A stretch of DNA of 64,000 nt from Mobula hypostoma (lineage: Eukaryota). The DNA is taken from NCBI RefSeq assembly GCF_963921235.1, contig NC_086097.1:226612001-226676000 (forward strand), given 5' to 3'. Shown here one piece after another: positions 63,131 to 64,000 of this stretch. The notes below the pieces were generated by a model. It was not told where the DNA came from. It ran no database searches and saw only the letters and a program-made list of their open reading frames with translations. How positions within the stretch are numbered: position 1 is the first letter of the stretch; the number at the start of each line of letters is the position of its first letter. A program made the position numbers and the translations under genes.

Positions 63131-64000
63131 TGTGATTTGACAGAACAGGTTGGCGATGAAAATTTTCCCGCTTACCTTGCCCCTTTGCCCAGTTAATCAC
63201 TCCTCCTTGTTCTGCCCCGGGTCCAGTTTCCCCAGTATTTCACACACTTTTCCCTCCTGTTCTGCAGCTCCTGAGGGTTCACCACTTACACACCTCAAGA
63301 GTAAAACAATCACTAGTTTAGCTAATCAAAACAATCCCTTCAGTTAACGTGTTCTGCTGGTTTATAACTCATAAAAATAAGGATTCTAGACACCGGCATT
63401 CCAAACACTTTTCACACACACTGTTACATCGGTTTGTAGACAGCAGAACAGCCCCAAAAGTCCCTAGGGTCAATTTGGGGTGTCCTAAAACAATGCCTGG
63501 GTTAGTGGGAGCAGGCGTACCACACCTTATGCAGGCAACACCCACTGGTGGGGAGGGAATATTCTTTTATAACCATCTGAGCTTGTGGACATTGATCTAT
63601 TAACTAAGGCATTTGTTGTGGAATAAAACTGCAAGATGTTAGAATCCCTGTTTAAAATGTTCCAGTTCTGCACCTGAAATAATTATTAAGGTCTGGTCAC
63701 GTTTCCACCGCCCCCCCCCCACACCCAGCCCCCAGACCAACAGTAGAATTTCCTGGTCCGTGTAGGCCAGGCAGAGGCAGATTTAAATCCTCAGTCTGGA
63801 CTTGCTAGGGAGGTGTGGAGGTTGGAGTTGACAGTTGGTGAATAGTTATATTGAAAAGTTAAAGACAAAGGGTGTCATGGATAAAGCTTCTACATATTTG
63901 TAAATTTTTGTACATATATGTTTGTTTTTCATTTGTCTACTTGTGAATTTTTTTTTACTTCACAACTTTTGGGCAGCTTTTGCACGTTTTCCCCCGGCAC
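63131..64000 (+). mobile_element. Gypsy-type 3' LTR (runs off the window), preceded by PPT 63112-63130
   Basis: gaagagattggggggggg then tgtgatttgacagaac...; inverted homolog of the left LTR. Confidence 0.8.

Noticed and set aside
1..64000. Prokaryotic-style systems (operons, CRISPR, retrons, DGR) or a host protein-coding gene
   Set aside because: The sequence is vertebrate repeat-rich DNA. All RTs are CR1, Rex1, Penelope or Gypsy types. There is no regularly spaced repeat array, and no ORF or exon chain gives a recognisable host protein.
57157..64000. DIRS-type element (inverted terminal repeats)
   Set aside because: No tyrosine recombinase or methyltransferase remnant. RT/RNase H motifs and the PPT+TG starts are Gypsy-like.

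Overview
This is eukaryotic, repeat-rich, non-genic (intronic or intergenic) DNA. The repeat families point to a cartilaginous fish, probably a ray (inference): esterase-ORF1 CR1 LINEs, V-domain tRNA SINEs, Rex1/Babar LINEs and Penelope-like elements. I recognise no host protein-coding gene, and most listed ORFs are transposon remnants or chance. Main observations: (1) About ten dispersed Penelope-type terminal repeats carry a minimal type-I hammerhead ribozyme motif (consensus CAGTC-CTGATGA-AGGGTCTCGGCCC-GAAACGTC-GACTG), several of them as fold-back pairs. (2) At 57.2-64 kb, two oppositely oriented LTRs, each preceded by a PPT, flank a Gmr1-like Gypsy RT/RNase H remnant. The left LTR holds three later insertions, including a near-intact CR1. 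(3) An apparently perfect 801-bp inverted duplication lies at 32400-33200/33851-34651. (4) A chimeric 'unique leader + 5'-truncated CR1' unit occurs at two separate loci. (5) Several DNA transposons have resolvable TIRs and TSDs: a nearly intact Tc1, a pogo/Tigger derivative with an internal hairpin, a hAT MITE, and elements with three TIRs. Coordinates were read by eye. Boundaries of degraded fragments are approximate, and identities are visual estimates unless counted.
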